Of a stretch of 64,000 bases of DNA, positions 15,147 through 29,251 are shown piece after piece. The position numbers were made by a program, and so were the translations under genes. Each line of letters starts with the position of its first letter. Position 1 is the first letter of the stretch. The notes under the pieces are model-generated. The model saw only the letters and a program-made list of their open reading frames with translations. It ran no database searches and was not told the origin of the DNA. Origin of the DNA: the human T2T-CHM13v2.0 reference genome, Homo sapiens; the NCBI RefSeq assembly GCF_009914755.1, contig NC_060925.1; one strand, 5' to 3'.

Positions 15147-16030
15147 TAGGATGATTGTATTCTCTTTATCCTAGGAAAGTCTCAGTTGAAGAAGATAGAA
15201 AGGCTTTCAAGGAAAAATAGAATGGAAGGAGAAGTGCAATACAAATTTTTTAGCCAAATAAAATTGCTGTAAGTTGAGTTGTTTTGATGACTGTAAACAG
15301 TACTATTTCTTTTGTAGATTGTCCTTTTCTGCGACATCACTGATCTGAATTGCAAGAGACACAAGTACACACGCAAGTCACAGCCAACTGAAAGCAAAGC
15401 AAGGGTTAAGGACACTGAGTAATTGCTCCTGGACAAGGCTAAGAGGACTATGGGTCATCCAGGACAGCCCAGTTCTACTGAGCCACCTTAATGAAGAGTA
15501 AGGTTGTGGAATCTCATTGGTGCTCATGGATTAAAGGAGATTGTTAATGCTTTGGGTGAACGACTTGAATAAAAAATTCTTTTCCATACATTTGCCATAT
15601 TCTCCAGGCTTAGGGCCCAGCGAGGTAAGGACTATATATTCTTAAGAGACGTAGTCAGCTTTTAGGCAGTGGCTGTTTCTGCATAGCAATTAGAAATAAC
15701 TTCTCTTTTAGCTATATGGGAATAAATTTAACAAACACCAACAGATGGCCTTTCAGACAGGAAGATTTTTACAGAATTCTAATCTCAACACTAATTGGTC
15801 AGGTCTTCCAAAGCAAAGAAAACAAGATCAGTTATCTTTATAATTCATACACAAACCTGATTTCTGCCTGATCAATGTAACAGTGCTTTAGACTAAATTG
15901 TCCAAATGAAGTCATCAAGCATTAGCTTATAAACATAAAAGCCTACACTATGTGAAAATTCCTTTATGCACTGAGCATACTGACGACACATATTACCTGT
16001 GTTTTCTCTTTTTTAAAAAATTGAAGTCTT

Positions 16031-16363
16031 TTAAATTCAATACAAATCTCTCTTTTTTTTGGTTTTTGTTTTTAAGACAGGATCTCACTATGTTGCCCAG
16101 GCTGGAGTGAACTGGCATGATCACAGTTCACTGTAGCCTCAACCTCCTGGGCTCAAGGGATCCTCCTGCCTCAGCCTCCCTTAGTAGATGAGAATACAGG
16201 CATGTGTCACCACACCTGGCTAATTAAAAAAAATTTTTCGTGTGTGGAGACCTGTCTCCCTGTGCTGCCCAGGTTGATTTAGAGTTCCTGGGCTAAAGCG
16301 ATTCTCCTTGCCTCGACCTCCAAAAGTGCTGGGATTACAGGCATGAACCATGGCGCACAGCCA
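16031..16363 (-). mobile_element. AluJ element
   Basis: Diverged antisense dimer. Confidence 0.92.
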
Positions 16364-16429
16364 AAAAATGTTCTATTTTAAGAAAACATTGGGGAAATTT
16401 CCTTAAAAAGTTGATCCTTTGCAGGTGAA

Positions 16430-17000
16430 CAGTCCTGCCTTAGACCTGGGTATGAGAGGCTACCACCCCAGTACTTATGCTTGAAAGGGTCCCACTCCGG
16501 CTATCCTCCAGCGAGAACTCCTCTCCATGGGTCCAGGAGTCAGCAGAGCCAAGGACACAACCCCAGTGGCTGCTGTCCCCCTCGAGGCCACACTCCAGGA
16601 ACCAGAGTGCTGGAATTCCCTGCCACCAATCCAGGTGCACTCCTTCAACCTACACAGGACTCTCTCTAGGCCCTTCCATCCAAGTGTTTGAAGAGTAGCC
16701 AAGAGGCAGCTTTTATTGGGACCAGAGCTTGGACAAATGAGCTGTGCTACCACACAAGGGTGTGAGGGCCCTCTGATTCTGGACAGTATAGAAGGAAGGT
16801 GGGCCAGGGGCCATGTCTCTTCACATTCTGGTGCAAGACTCCATTGGTCCAAAAATTTTACATTTAAATCTAGCCTTCCATGACACTATGTCAGGGTAGA
16901 ACATATTGCACTTAATGGTTTAAGAGCTTCACTAATCATTTTCAAATATTTAGGCATCAACATGCCTTCATTTCTATTTCCCCTCCAGGTCCCACTCCTG
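16430..17000. mobile_element. Ancient hAT-Tip100-like non-autonomous DNA transposon (tentative)
   Basis: 3' part (aattttacatttaaatctagccttcc...agaacatattg...aatatttagg) resembles 44540-44660. Confidence 0.35.
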
Positions 17001-17059
17001 TCCTACAATAATCATCATCCTCAATACACATATTTTGAAAATGTAGATTATTATATTAG

Positions 17060-17453
<394 letters not shown>

Positions 17454-18559
17454 TAGTACCTCTTTATCTTCATGAATGTAGTAGGGCACACAGGTGAATT
17501 GTTTTCTATGCCTGTGACAAGGGACAATTTGAAAGTAATGAAGCATAGCACATTAAACGCCTTTCTTCAAAGGAATCTATGAAGCTTGGCCTAAAATCCT
17601 GTGGTTCTCTGTTTCAACACAATCTCATATCTTTTAAATTCTGTTTGTAAACTATTTTTTTAATTTTTTGAGAGCATGTCAGTGAATAAATTATTTTAGC
17701 CAATTCATAGATAAACTGAGCTTCAAAGAAAGCGTAAGGTATTACTCTGTCTCTAACAACATTGTGTCCTGGGCCATGAAGTCAGAACTAGGACATGAAG
17801 TATAAATTAAAGATAAAACTCCTCTATGAGAACCTGGCTTTCTGCATGCAGGCTGGACTTCCCAGAGCCATTTCCCTAACTTTCCATGGCTTCTGCATTC
17901 TGGAGCCATCTGTGCTCAGCGCCGCTCCAGGTCAAGGGCTGTGTCAGCAGCATGTGATGCTGAGATTCCAAGTGGGGGCAGATCCGCTTGAAACTGGGCT
18001 TTGCTGAAATAGATCAATTCTTTTTAATTATATTTTGACCAAGCGTGCATAAATAAATTTCATCATTTTGGCATCCACATCACTCATCTCTGTCAATACC
18101 ATATTCCCAACACTGGCAGAGCTGCCTGTGACTAAGCTTGACGCATATGCTCCCTGGACCTTACACCACTGTGGCAGCCATGACATGAATTTTATTTTGT
18201 GAAATATTTATAACATTTCCCACCACCATCATCATTCAATGGGGGGCTTTGGCAGCCTGCCACAGAGACAGAACCAAAGGGAAAGTGACTTCTGTGTGAG
18301 AATGGTAGGTGCTTTTTGTGTGTATGTTGGGAGGGGGTGCCTTTCAGCTTCTTTCTAAAGTCTGAGATTATCTACTATTTAGAATTAGTTATACCATCTC
18401 TCACCCACTAACTGAATATGTAAGTGGCTCAGGGAATTAGTAATCATAGTCCCAGATTTTCATTTCTCTTACCCACATTGAGTTTCAATTATGTACATTG
18501 TGTCAATAGGGACGTCATATTTTTCTGAAGAGTTGTAATGAAGTGGGCTTTGTGAATCT

Positions 18560-18760
18560 GCAGTCATTGAACCTAGATATTTGTAGGGCTTCCCCGTTTT
18601 ATCACACCACTCCTGCCTTAAGAGGTACTTCCTGACCATCCACTTTAAATTACACCTTTCTGCAGTCAGTGCTATGGCATCACCCTGCTCTGTTGTCTCA
18701 GTGGTATTTATCACTATCCAAAATTTCATGGAATACTTATTTGTTTGCTTTTTGTTTTCT
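18560..18760. mobile_element. L2 remnant
   Basis: cttcctgaccatccactttaaat...catcaccctg...tttatcactatcc...tatttgtttg. Confidence 0.5.
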
Positions 18761-19179
18761 CCATTCCAATCCCACTACATTCAGACATTTTAGTTATGAA
18801 GTCCTATTATGAAGAAGGACCTCCTGTATCTTCTAAAAAATGTAACAGCTTTATTGAGATATAATTCACATATCATACAATTCATCCATTTAAAGTGGAC
18901 ACTTAGATGGTCTTTGGTATATTCAGAGTTGTGCAACCATCACCACAATGAATTTTAGAACATTTTCATCATTCCAGAAGAAAACTCACACATCAGCCCT
19001 CTCTCCTCATTCTTCCAACCCCTTTCCCTAATTTCTAACCAACTCTTCATCTACTTACTGTCTCTTTAGATTGGCCTATTCTGGATATCTCACATAAATG
19101 GAATACACAATATGGGGTCTTCTGTGTCTGGCTTCTTTTATTTAGTACAATGTTTCAACATCCTAACATGATATCAGTA

Positions 19180-19519
19180 CAGTCATCCCTGGTCCCTAGG
19201 TATCTGTGGGGGATTGGTTCTAGGACACCTTGTGGATACCCAAATCCACAGATGCTCAAGCCTGTTATATAAAATGGTATAATATTTGCATATAACCTAT
19301 GCACATCCTCCTATTCTCCTATATACTTTAAGTCATCTCTAGATTACTTATAATGCCTAATAAAGTGTAAATGCTATGTAAATAGTTATATCGTATTTTT
19401 AAAATTTGTATTATATTTATTGTTGGTTGCTATTTTTTATTGTTTTTTAAAAATATTTTCAATCTGCATTTGGTTGAATCTGTGGATGTGGAACCCACAG
19501 AAAGGGAGAGCTGATTGTA
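19180..19519. mobile_element. MER2 (TcMar-Tigger) DNA transposon
   Basis: ta-cagtcatccct...ggattggttctaggac...tctctagattacttataat...ctgattg-ta. Confidence 0.85.
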
Positions 19520-20081
19520 CTTCATTCCACTGCATGACTGTATCACACTTTATTTATTCAATAATCAGTCAATGACATTTGGATTATTTCCACTTTTTGG
19601 CTGTTATGAATAATGTGCTATGAACTTTCATGTACAAGTTTTTGTGTTGACATATGCTTTCATTTCCCTTGGGTATACACCTAAGAGTGAAACTGCTGGG
19701 TCATATAGCAACTCCATATTTAACCCTTTAAGGATCTGCCAGATTGCTTTAGAAAGTGGCTGCACCATGTTGCAATTTCCCTGCCTCCTTACCAACACTT
19801 ATTATTATCTGTCTTTTTTATTATAGCCATCCTCAAGTGTGTGAAGGAGTATCCTATTGTAGTTTTAACTTGCATTTCTCTGATGGTTAATGAGATTGAG
19901 CATTTCATCATGTGCTTATTAGCCATTTGTATATTTTCTTTGCAGAAATATCTGTCAGATCCTTTGTACATTTTTAAATTAGATTTTCCAATTTATATGT
20001 TATAAGAATTCTTTATATATCAAGATACAAGTCATTTGCCAGACTTATAATTTGGAAATATATTCTCCCATTTTGTGAAGT

Positions 20082-21027
20082 TTCTTTTCTTTTCTTTTTT
20101 TCTTCAACTTTTATTTTAAGTTCTTGGGTACATGTGCAGGATATGCAGGTTTGTTACATAGGTAAACGTGTGCCATGGTGGTTTGTGGCACAGATCAACC
20201 CATCTGTGTATTAAGCCCAGCATCCATTGGCTATTCTTCCTGATACTCTCCCTCCCCCTGCCCCCTGACAGGTCCCAGTGTGTGTTGTTCCCCACCACGT
20301 GTCCATGGGTTCCCATTGTTCAGCTCCCACTTATAAGTGAGAACGTGTGGTGTCTAGTTTTCTGTTCCTGTGTTAGTTTGCTGAGGATAATGACTTCCAG
20401 CTCCATCCATGTCTCTGCAAAGGATATGATCTCATTCCTTTTTATAGCTGCATAGTATTCCATGGTGTATATGTACCACATTTTCTTTTCTATCATTGAT
20501 GGGCATTTGGGTTGATTCCATGTCTTTGCTATTGTGACTAATGCTGCAATGAACATATGCATGCATGTATCTTTGTATTAGAATAATTTATATTCCGTTG
20601 GATATATACCCAGTAATGGGATTGCTGGGTCAAATGGTATTTCTGCTTCTAGATCTTCCACAATGGTTGAATTAATTTACACTCCCACCAACAGTGTGCA
20701 AGTGTTCCTTTTTCTCTGCCACCTCACCAGCATCTGTTGCTTCTTGACTTCTTAATAATTGCCATTCTGACTGGTGTAAGATGGTATCTCATTGTGGTTT
20801 CGATTTGCAGTTCTCTAATAATTAGTGTTGTTGAGCTTTTTTTTCATATTTTTTTTGGCTGCATGAATGTCTTCTTTTGAGAAGTGTCTGTTCATGTGCT
20901 TTGCCTAGTTTTTAATGGGGTTGTTTGTTTTTTTCTTGTAAATTTGTTTAAGTTATTTGTCAACTCTGGATACTAGACCTTAGTCAGATGGATAGATTGT
21001 GAAAATGTTCTCCCATCCTGTAGGTTG
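20082..21027 (-). mobile_element. Older L1PA (about L1PA10-15) 3' end, 5'-truncated
   Basis: tacatgtgcaggatatgcaggtttgttacatagg...cccacttataagtgagaac; ORF2 C-terminal peptide in ORF 20320..20562. Confidence 0.9.
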
Positions 21028-21369
21028 TTTTCTCTTTCTTGATGATGTTCTTTGAAGCACAACAATTTTTCACTTTGATGAAGTTCAATTTATCTACTTT
21101 TTATTTTGTCACTTGTGCTTTTGGTGTCATATATAAGAAGGCTTTGCTTAACCCAAGGGCATGAAGATTTACTCTTATGCTTTTTTCTAAGTTTTATAGT
21201 TGTAGCCTTTTCATTTAAACCTATTATTTATTTTAAGTTAATTTTTGTGTATGGTATGAGAGGAGTCATTTATCTTTTTTATCATTTCTCAGTGCCTAGA
21301 GTGTTTGGAACATAATAGATGCCTTATGAATATTTCGTGAGTGAAAGATTCCATGATGAGAAAAATGGT

Positions 21370-21633
21370 ATTCGCCTCATGACGAATGATATTCAGCATA
21401 TTTTCATGTGCCTGTTTCTTATTTCTACATACCTTTCTGGGAAGTGTCTTCTAATATTTTGCCCTTTGTTAAATAAATTATTATTATTATTTTTTGCTAT
21501 TGAGTTTTATGAGCTCTTTATATATTCTGGATCCACATTTAGGATCAGATATCTGCATTAAGAATAATTTTCCCAGTATGTAGCTTGCTTTTTATCTCCA
21601 TGGTATCTTTAGAAGAGCAGATGTTTTTAAAAT
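21370..21633 (-). mobile_element. L1M ORF2 3' fragment
   Basis: cagcatattttcatgtg...gagctctttatatattctggat...gagcagatgttttt. Confidence 0.7.
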
Positions 21634-21634
21634 T

Positions 21635-22580
21635 TCTTGAGGGTTTCTCCCCACTGTACCACTCCTGATGCTGGTGAAGGCTTGCAGTGACTCATAACCA
21701 TCTTCCTCATGCCCCATAGGTGTACCATTTCCGGGATGCCTTCCCTGGCACACGGGTCAAATATCTTTCAAGACCCTCTCCCACATTTCACACAGCGGGC
21801 CTTCTGGGTGGATGAGCTGGGCTTGGGACTCACTGTGACTCTCCTTCCACAGAATTCCTCTGCTGAAGGTGCCTCCTAAGCCTCTGTTTCATACCAACAA
21901 CCAGAGAGTGGGCACATGGCTGAGCTGTAGCACAGGTGGAGAGGCTGACCTCCAACATACTCCTCTGCAAATGGGTTTTACCAGTGGTGGGGGTGCTGAA
22001 CACAGTGCAGAGGTGGTGCCTAGACTCAGGAAAATCTGACTGCAACTGACAAGCTGGTGTCCAAGGACTGCTAAAGGCATATGTGCATACCTCCAGAGAC
22101 ATTCAGTGTAGGCCAGTGTTTGAGAGCACAGGAGTGGGTTCTGTCCCAGGCCCTTTCTCTGAGGCTGAAGCATGAGGTCTCCCTCGTATTCAACTTGGGC
22201 AACTACATGAGACTTAGAAGATGCAAGTCCCAGTGAGGCCATGGTGCAAAGTTCTCTAGCATCACATCATGGTATAGGAGTCTCTGACCATCACTGAGGA
22301 ACCTTCCCTCCTCTTGGGAGAAATACATGGCCATGTCCTCAAAGTAAATGTTTTTACAGAGGTGGAATCCTCTTCTGAGTGCATCAACACGGTTGCTGCC
22401 ATAGAAATCTATAGGCAGAGTGGGGAAGTGGGAGGCAAGAGACCAGAGTGGAGACTCAACGCTGTCATCTTCGCAGGGCCTCAGCAGCTGAGCCCTAGAC
22501 CTGTGTAGGTGCCATGGGGATGATGCTTCCTTTTGTGCCTTCTCCCATTACCTTGGCTTCACTGAGAGTTCCAGAGCCTC
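21635..22580 (-). pseudogene. Processed KRAB zinc-finger pseudogene (5'UTR, KRAB-A/B, spacer; no zinc fingers), resembling the ZNF419/ZNF773/ZNF772 group
   Basis: Minus strand: ATG at 22402 ([11 protein letters not shown]); [33 protein letters not shown] from 22343; 1-nt frameshift; [18 protein letters not shown]; then GCWYETEA*EAPS..SVEGESQ..STQKA..CEM..VLKDI..YTYGA*G..ASLHQHQEWYSGEKP. Stops and frameshifts; no large introns. Confidence 0.9.
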
Positions 22581-22589
22581 TAATGTCAG

Positions 22590-23860
<1,271 letters not shown>

Positions 23861-23968
23861 AAAGAACTCTCCCTCTGCCTTTCTTTTCCTTAGCTGTTTG
23901 GGAGACAGTATTAGTTTCAGAATAAATAGAGGCACGGATAGCAGAATTAGGGGAGAGGGTAAAACTCA

Positions 23969-24010
23969 GTGTGTGTGTGTTCGTGTGTGTGTGTAGAGAG
24001 AGAGTGAGAG
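23969..24010. repeat. (TG)n(AG)n compound microsatellite
   Basis: gtgtgtgtgtgttcgtgtgtgtgtgtagagagagagtgagag. Confidence 0.8.
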
Positions 24011-24119
24011 GGAAAGCGTACATCTGTTGCATATATTACTGCAACCTTAGAAAGCATCAAGCACCCCATAGACTTGTGCTGGAGGTTTTCAGCTTACCTC
24101 CCTGCATGCACTCTGCCTT

Positions 24120-24520
24120 TCTTGAGTTTGTTTTGTTCCTGGGAGGCTGATTCATTTGTGCTGCATCAATAGGTTCCTTGTTCTCTGGTTTCTTTTAGAG
24201 TTGGACCATTGGAAGCACTGAGAAGAGGTCAGAGAGTGGTAGAAAGGCAAGGTCAAGTGCATTTTCTGGATCCCTCTCTGCCAGGATACCCTGAGCGAGT
24301 GCACATCTTCATCAAAGGTCATACTCCCATCAGCTGGCCCTTTCTCCAACCTCAAGTGCCCTCTGAGCTCCTCTGTGGGCTCCCTCTGCTTGTCCCTTGG
24401 GTCTAAGGGTGGCAATAGCCCTACAAGGTACAATAAACCCCTTGTTGGTTTTCATCGACCTTCACATAGTTTTGAAGTAGCCCCTTCATTAAAACTCTCC
24501 TCAGTGATGCCCCTTGGATG
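24120..24520. mobile_element. LTR16-like ERVL LTR remnant
   Basis: ggttccttgttctctggtttc...ggaccattggaagcactg...cattaaaactctcctc. Confidence 0.5.
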
Positions 24521-24523
24521 TGC

Positions 24524-24528
<5 letters not shown>

Positions 24529-24576
<48 letters not shown>
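24529..24576. repeat. (TA)24 microsatellite
   Basis: Uninterrupted TA run next to the L1PA tail. Confidence 0.97.
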
Positions 24577-24578
<2 letters not shown>

Positions 24579-24580
<2 letters not shown>

Positions 24581-24881
24581 TTTTTTTTATTATACTTTAA
24601 GTTCTAGGGTACATGTGAACAACGTGCAGGTTCGTTACATATGGATACATGTGCCATGTTGGTGTGCTGCACCCATTAACTCGTCATTTACATTAGGTAT
24701 ATCTCCTAATGTTATCCCTCCCCACTCTCCCCACCCCACTACAGGCCCCGGTGTGTGATGTTCCCCTTCCTGTGTCCAAGTGTTCTCACTGTTCAGTTCC
24801 CACCTATGAGTGAGAACGTGCGGTGTTTGGTTTTTTGTCCTTGTGATAGTTTGCTGAGAATGATGGTTTCCAGCTCCATCC
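24579..24881 (-). mobile_element. L1PA4-6-like 3' end, 5'-truncated (~300 bp)
   Basis: ttattatactttaagttctagggtacatgtg...cccacctatgagtgagaac. Confidence 0.92.
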
Positions 24882-25774
24882 GTCTCTTTCATCCTCACAT
24901 CTTGACTGACATTAGAGAGAAAGCCGCCCCTTTTCTGATGGTTACAGATAATTTGTTCTCAGCCTGGAGGCAGATGTTGGGAGAAGGAAAAAGCCTTTTT
25001 CCCTTTTTTTTCAGTCTTCTTGCAGGCAGAAATTCTGTATTGATGTATTATATTTTTCTTTCTATTATCACCAGTTTTTCAAATCCAACATGCCTCACTG
25101 TTAACTCCATTTCTCTCCAAAATAAAATAAAGTTACCTACACTTTTGTTAAAATGTTAATGTTTTCCCTGTGAGTAGGTTTCACCAGCCGAAGCCCCATT
25201 CATTTACACCTGAATTTCTGGAAGGATGGAAATCTCTCTCCTTCACTGGCTCATCAGTTACTCATTTATATTTCAGAATAAGGAGGTTTCAGACGGAAAA
25301 TGATGTCTGGTGGTTATTTAAAGAGTAAGGGCTGCAACTAATTGGCTCTTTGGCACCAGCATCTTTTTCATGACAACATGGGGGCACTTGCTGTTATGAC
25401 CCACATCTATTTTACTGTATTGAATATGATGGTGGTTGTAAACGGAAACATGTTTCCCACTTCTGCTCTAAATAAAAGCATTGTAAAATGCTGTGGAATT
25501 CCCTCATCCAAAATATTTGTCTCATTAAGAGTTTTCTCACATCAGTTAATGACTTAATTAGCAAAACTCCTCAAATTAAAACCTTTATCAACATTAACTG
25601 TTGGCAGAGATAGAAAATTCTCATCCTTACCTCTCACCAAAGTTCATATAGTAACATGAGAAGAGCAATTTCCTATAAATGTTAAACAATAAATTTCTTA
25701 GGAACTTTCACTTCCACTTAAAGGGCAGCCAGGGGGCAGGAGGAGGAGGGGGTGAAAATATTGCTCACCAGTGA

Positions 25775-26144
<370 letters not shown>

Positions 26145-27346
26145 TAGTAAAGTGTAAAATCATATCATGTCTATTTGCAGCCCCATTATTTATTTAGAGA
26201 TTTGTTCTCTTTAAAATATCCTAGTGCAAGTTGAGCAGTAAAATGCTCCTCAACTCCAGTCAAAAAGGCCTTGTGGGAGGGCAGGGAGTATATTGAGAAC
26301 AGGGGCAAATTCAATAGTCCATCTCTCCCAAGTAAAATTTAAAAAATATATAAAATTGTGCAAAAAGAAACCACTATGCAGGCAAACAGGGATGACCTTC
26401 AAAATCTTTCATCACTGGTACTGCAAGACACTGTCAATCAGAACAGACATCAGCCACCAGCAGCTACTCCTAGACTAGTGCAGATTTGGTAAGACAAGCA
26501 TCATCCATGACATACCAGGGTGTGTGTGTGTGTGCCAATATGTATGGCCTGTGTGATTTGAGAAAGGAATGAGATTCCTTTCTATGTTAAATGGAGTTAG
26601 CATAGACCAAGAGAAGAGAGGAAAGAGATGGAAAGGTGAGGGAGACGGCGTCCAGCCAAGTTTGGCTACAGGGCATTGCCACGCTTTGCTCATTACAATG
26701 ATTTCCATATTTTTGATGCATTTAGCTTTTCATGGTGCTTTCATCCCATCTCATTTTATCCTTAAAGACAAATATAGCAATATTCTTACTTTATAGCTTA
26801 AGTAGTAGACTGGAAAGGTGAGATTATAAGGGTGTCTTAGTTCTCAAGTCAAATACCTTCTTCCTCTGTAAGAGGTCTTGGAAATAAACTTGTGTCTCAG
26901 ATTCTGGATTGAGATATTCTTGCCCTTACACTATGTGAATTCAGTCTTCCATTCAAGGAATTGAAAGAGGCCCTGCTGCAATAAATTTGTCTTTGCTTCT
27001 TCTGCCAGCCCCTGTGAGCGCTATCCTTGGATCAGTCCTCACAGTCTGATTGCCCTGCTTCCTCTAGGTGTTGGCTCTGATCCTGACCTTGGCTCAGCTC
27101 AGTTTTAGATGATCCTCCCGAGGATGCAATCTTAGTCAGTACCTGTTTTTAGTACTATTGACATGCCTGTGTCAATCTTATTTGCTCAGTGATTCTTGCC
27201 TCTCAAAATGACTCAAGAAAAGCACCTTATTCTTCCTTTTATCATGGGCATGGTTACTTTTTTGTTTTTTGCCAGTTGGGAATGTGAAGCTTTGTGTAAT
27301 TCATTTTTCTCAGATCTTTTCGTCTGAGAGTCAAAGCAGAGTCCCA

Positions 27347-27721
<375 letters not shown>

Positions 27722-27972
27722 CTATTTGGATCTATTTGTAGGAGGCCTCAGAGGGTGTCTCACTTATGCTTCCATATGACATCCATTAATTTTTTTCCTC
27801 TCCTTTTCTATACTCTGCCCACCCCTGTTTTAATATGTCTACAACTGGGTACATCAATGATTATATACTTTGTGAGAATTGCCATGTCTGGTCAGCATCA
27901 AGGGTGCTATTATATATGTCAAAACACTCTCACCCCCACCCCAACTTCTTTCAAAGCTTCTTTTTACTATTT

Positions 27973-28336
27973 CTGTCTTAGAATACTCAGGCTGCTATTG
28001 CAACATGCTTTAGACTGGGTAAGATTGAGTAATTGCAAGCAATGAAATTTGTTTCTCATAGTTCTGGAGGCTAGGAAGTCCAAGATCAAAGTTATAGCAG
28101 ATTTGGTGTCTAGTGAGGGTTCATTTCCTAGTTCCTAGATGGTGCTTTCTCTCTGTGTCTTCATGTGGAAGAAGGGGCAAACAAGCTCTCTCAGGCCTCT
28201 TTTATAAGGGCATTCATCCTATTAATGAGCACTCTATCCACATGATTTAAAAGTCCCCATCTCTTAAAACTATTGCATTGGGGATTAGGTTTCAATATAT
28301 GAACTTGGGGGTGACACAAACATTCAGACCGTAGCA
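27973..28336 (-). mobile_element. MLT1A0-like MaLR LTR
   Basis: tgtcttag...gttctggaggctaggaagtccaagatc...acacaaacattcagaccgtagca. Confidence 0.85.
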
Positions 28337-28560
28337 ATTTTAATGACATTTGCTGCATCTTGCTACTACTAAATCTGTTTTTCCAGATGCCCGTTTTCAG
28401 GCTCTGACCTGTGACAGTCGCGTGCTCTGGATGTGTCCCTGCAGGGATGCAGTTATCAATGTGCTGAGGCACTCGAGGTGCTAGTGGCCGTATCCTATAA
28501 AGGCTCCATGGGGCCAGCTATTTTCTGGTATAACAGGAAAAATCTTCTTCCTCCACTGTC

Positions 28561-28872
28561 TTTTTTTTTTTTTTTTTTTTTTTTGAGATGGAGTCTTGCT
28601 CTGTCGCCCAGGCTGGAATGCAGTGGTGCCATCTAGGCTCACTGCAATCTCTGCCTCCCGGGTTCAAGCAATTGTCCTGCCTCAGCCTCCCAGGTAGCTG
28701 GGACTACAGGCATGAGCCACCACACCCAGCTAATTTTTTTTGTATTTTTAAATAAAGATGGGGTTTCACCATATTGGTCAGGCTGATCTCCAACTCCTGA
28801 CCTCAAATGATCCACCTGCCTCGGCCTCCCAAAGTGCTGGGATTACAGGTGTGAGCCAGTGCACACCTGGCC
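28561..28872 (-). mobile_element. AluS element
   Basis: Antisense dimer; TSD cttcctccact. Confidence 0.95.
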
Positions 28873-29251
28873 CTTCCTCCACTTTTATGCTGATCTCTGT
28901 TAATTCTCTGGACTTCAGAAACTGGGAAGTTCTTGAATCATATATAATCAGAAAATCCACAATATGGGTTTAGAATCTTCAGAGCCTCAACAATGTTAGA
29001 CTCACTTTTGCTCTTTCATTTTCTTCTTTCCTCCCTCACTCCCTCCCTCCTTGGTGTCAATATTTATCTCCACCCATTTCAAAGCCCCACATCTCTCTCT
29101 TTCTATTGCTTTCATTCCCACTTGCTATGAAGTTATTTCTTTCATGGGGAATGTGATGAGTTTGTTGAGAAATGGCCTGCCATTGACCCAGGCTCACATC
29201 ATCCTAGCTTAGCAACCTTAGAGGAGGGATACTACTTTTTCTCTTTCAAAG

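Larger units (their letters stand above)
18842..21260 (-). mobile_element. L1MB 3' region, interrupted by MER2 and L1PA
   Basis: agctttattgagatataattcacatatcatacaattcatccatttaaagtg start; continues across both insertions. Confidence 0.85.

Noticed and set aside
21889-22402. Functional KRAB-only protein
   Set aside because: The ATG is out of frame with KRAB-A, there is a second frameshift inside the box, and the conserved Trp (EEW) reads Gly
28465-28492. Second CTCF motif
   Set aside because: Only half of the core matches on either strand
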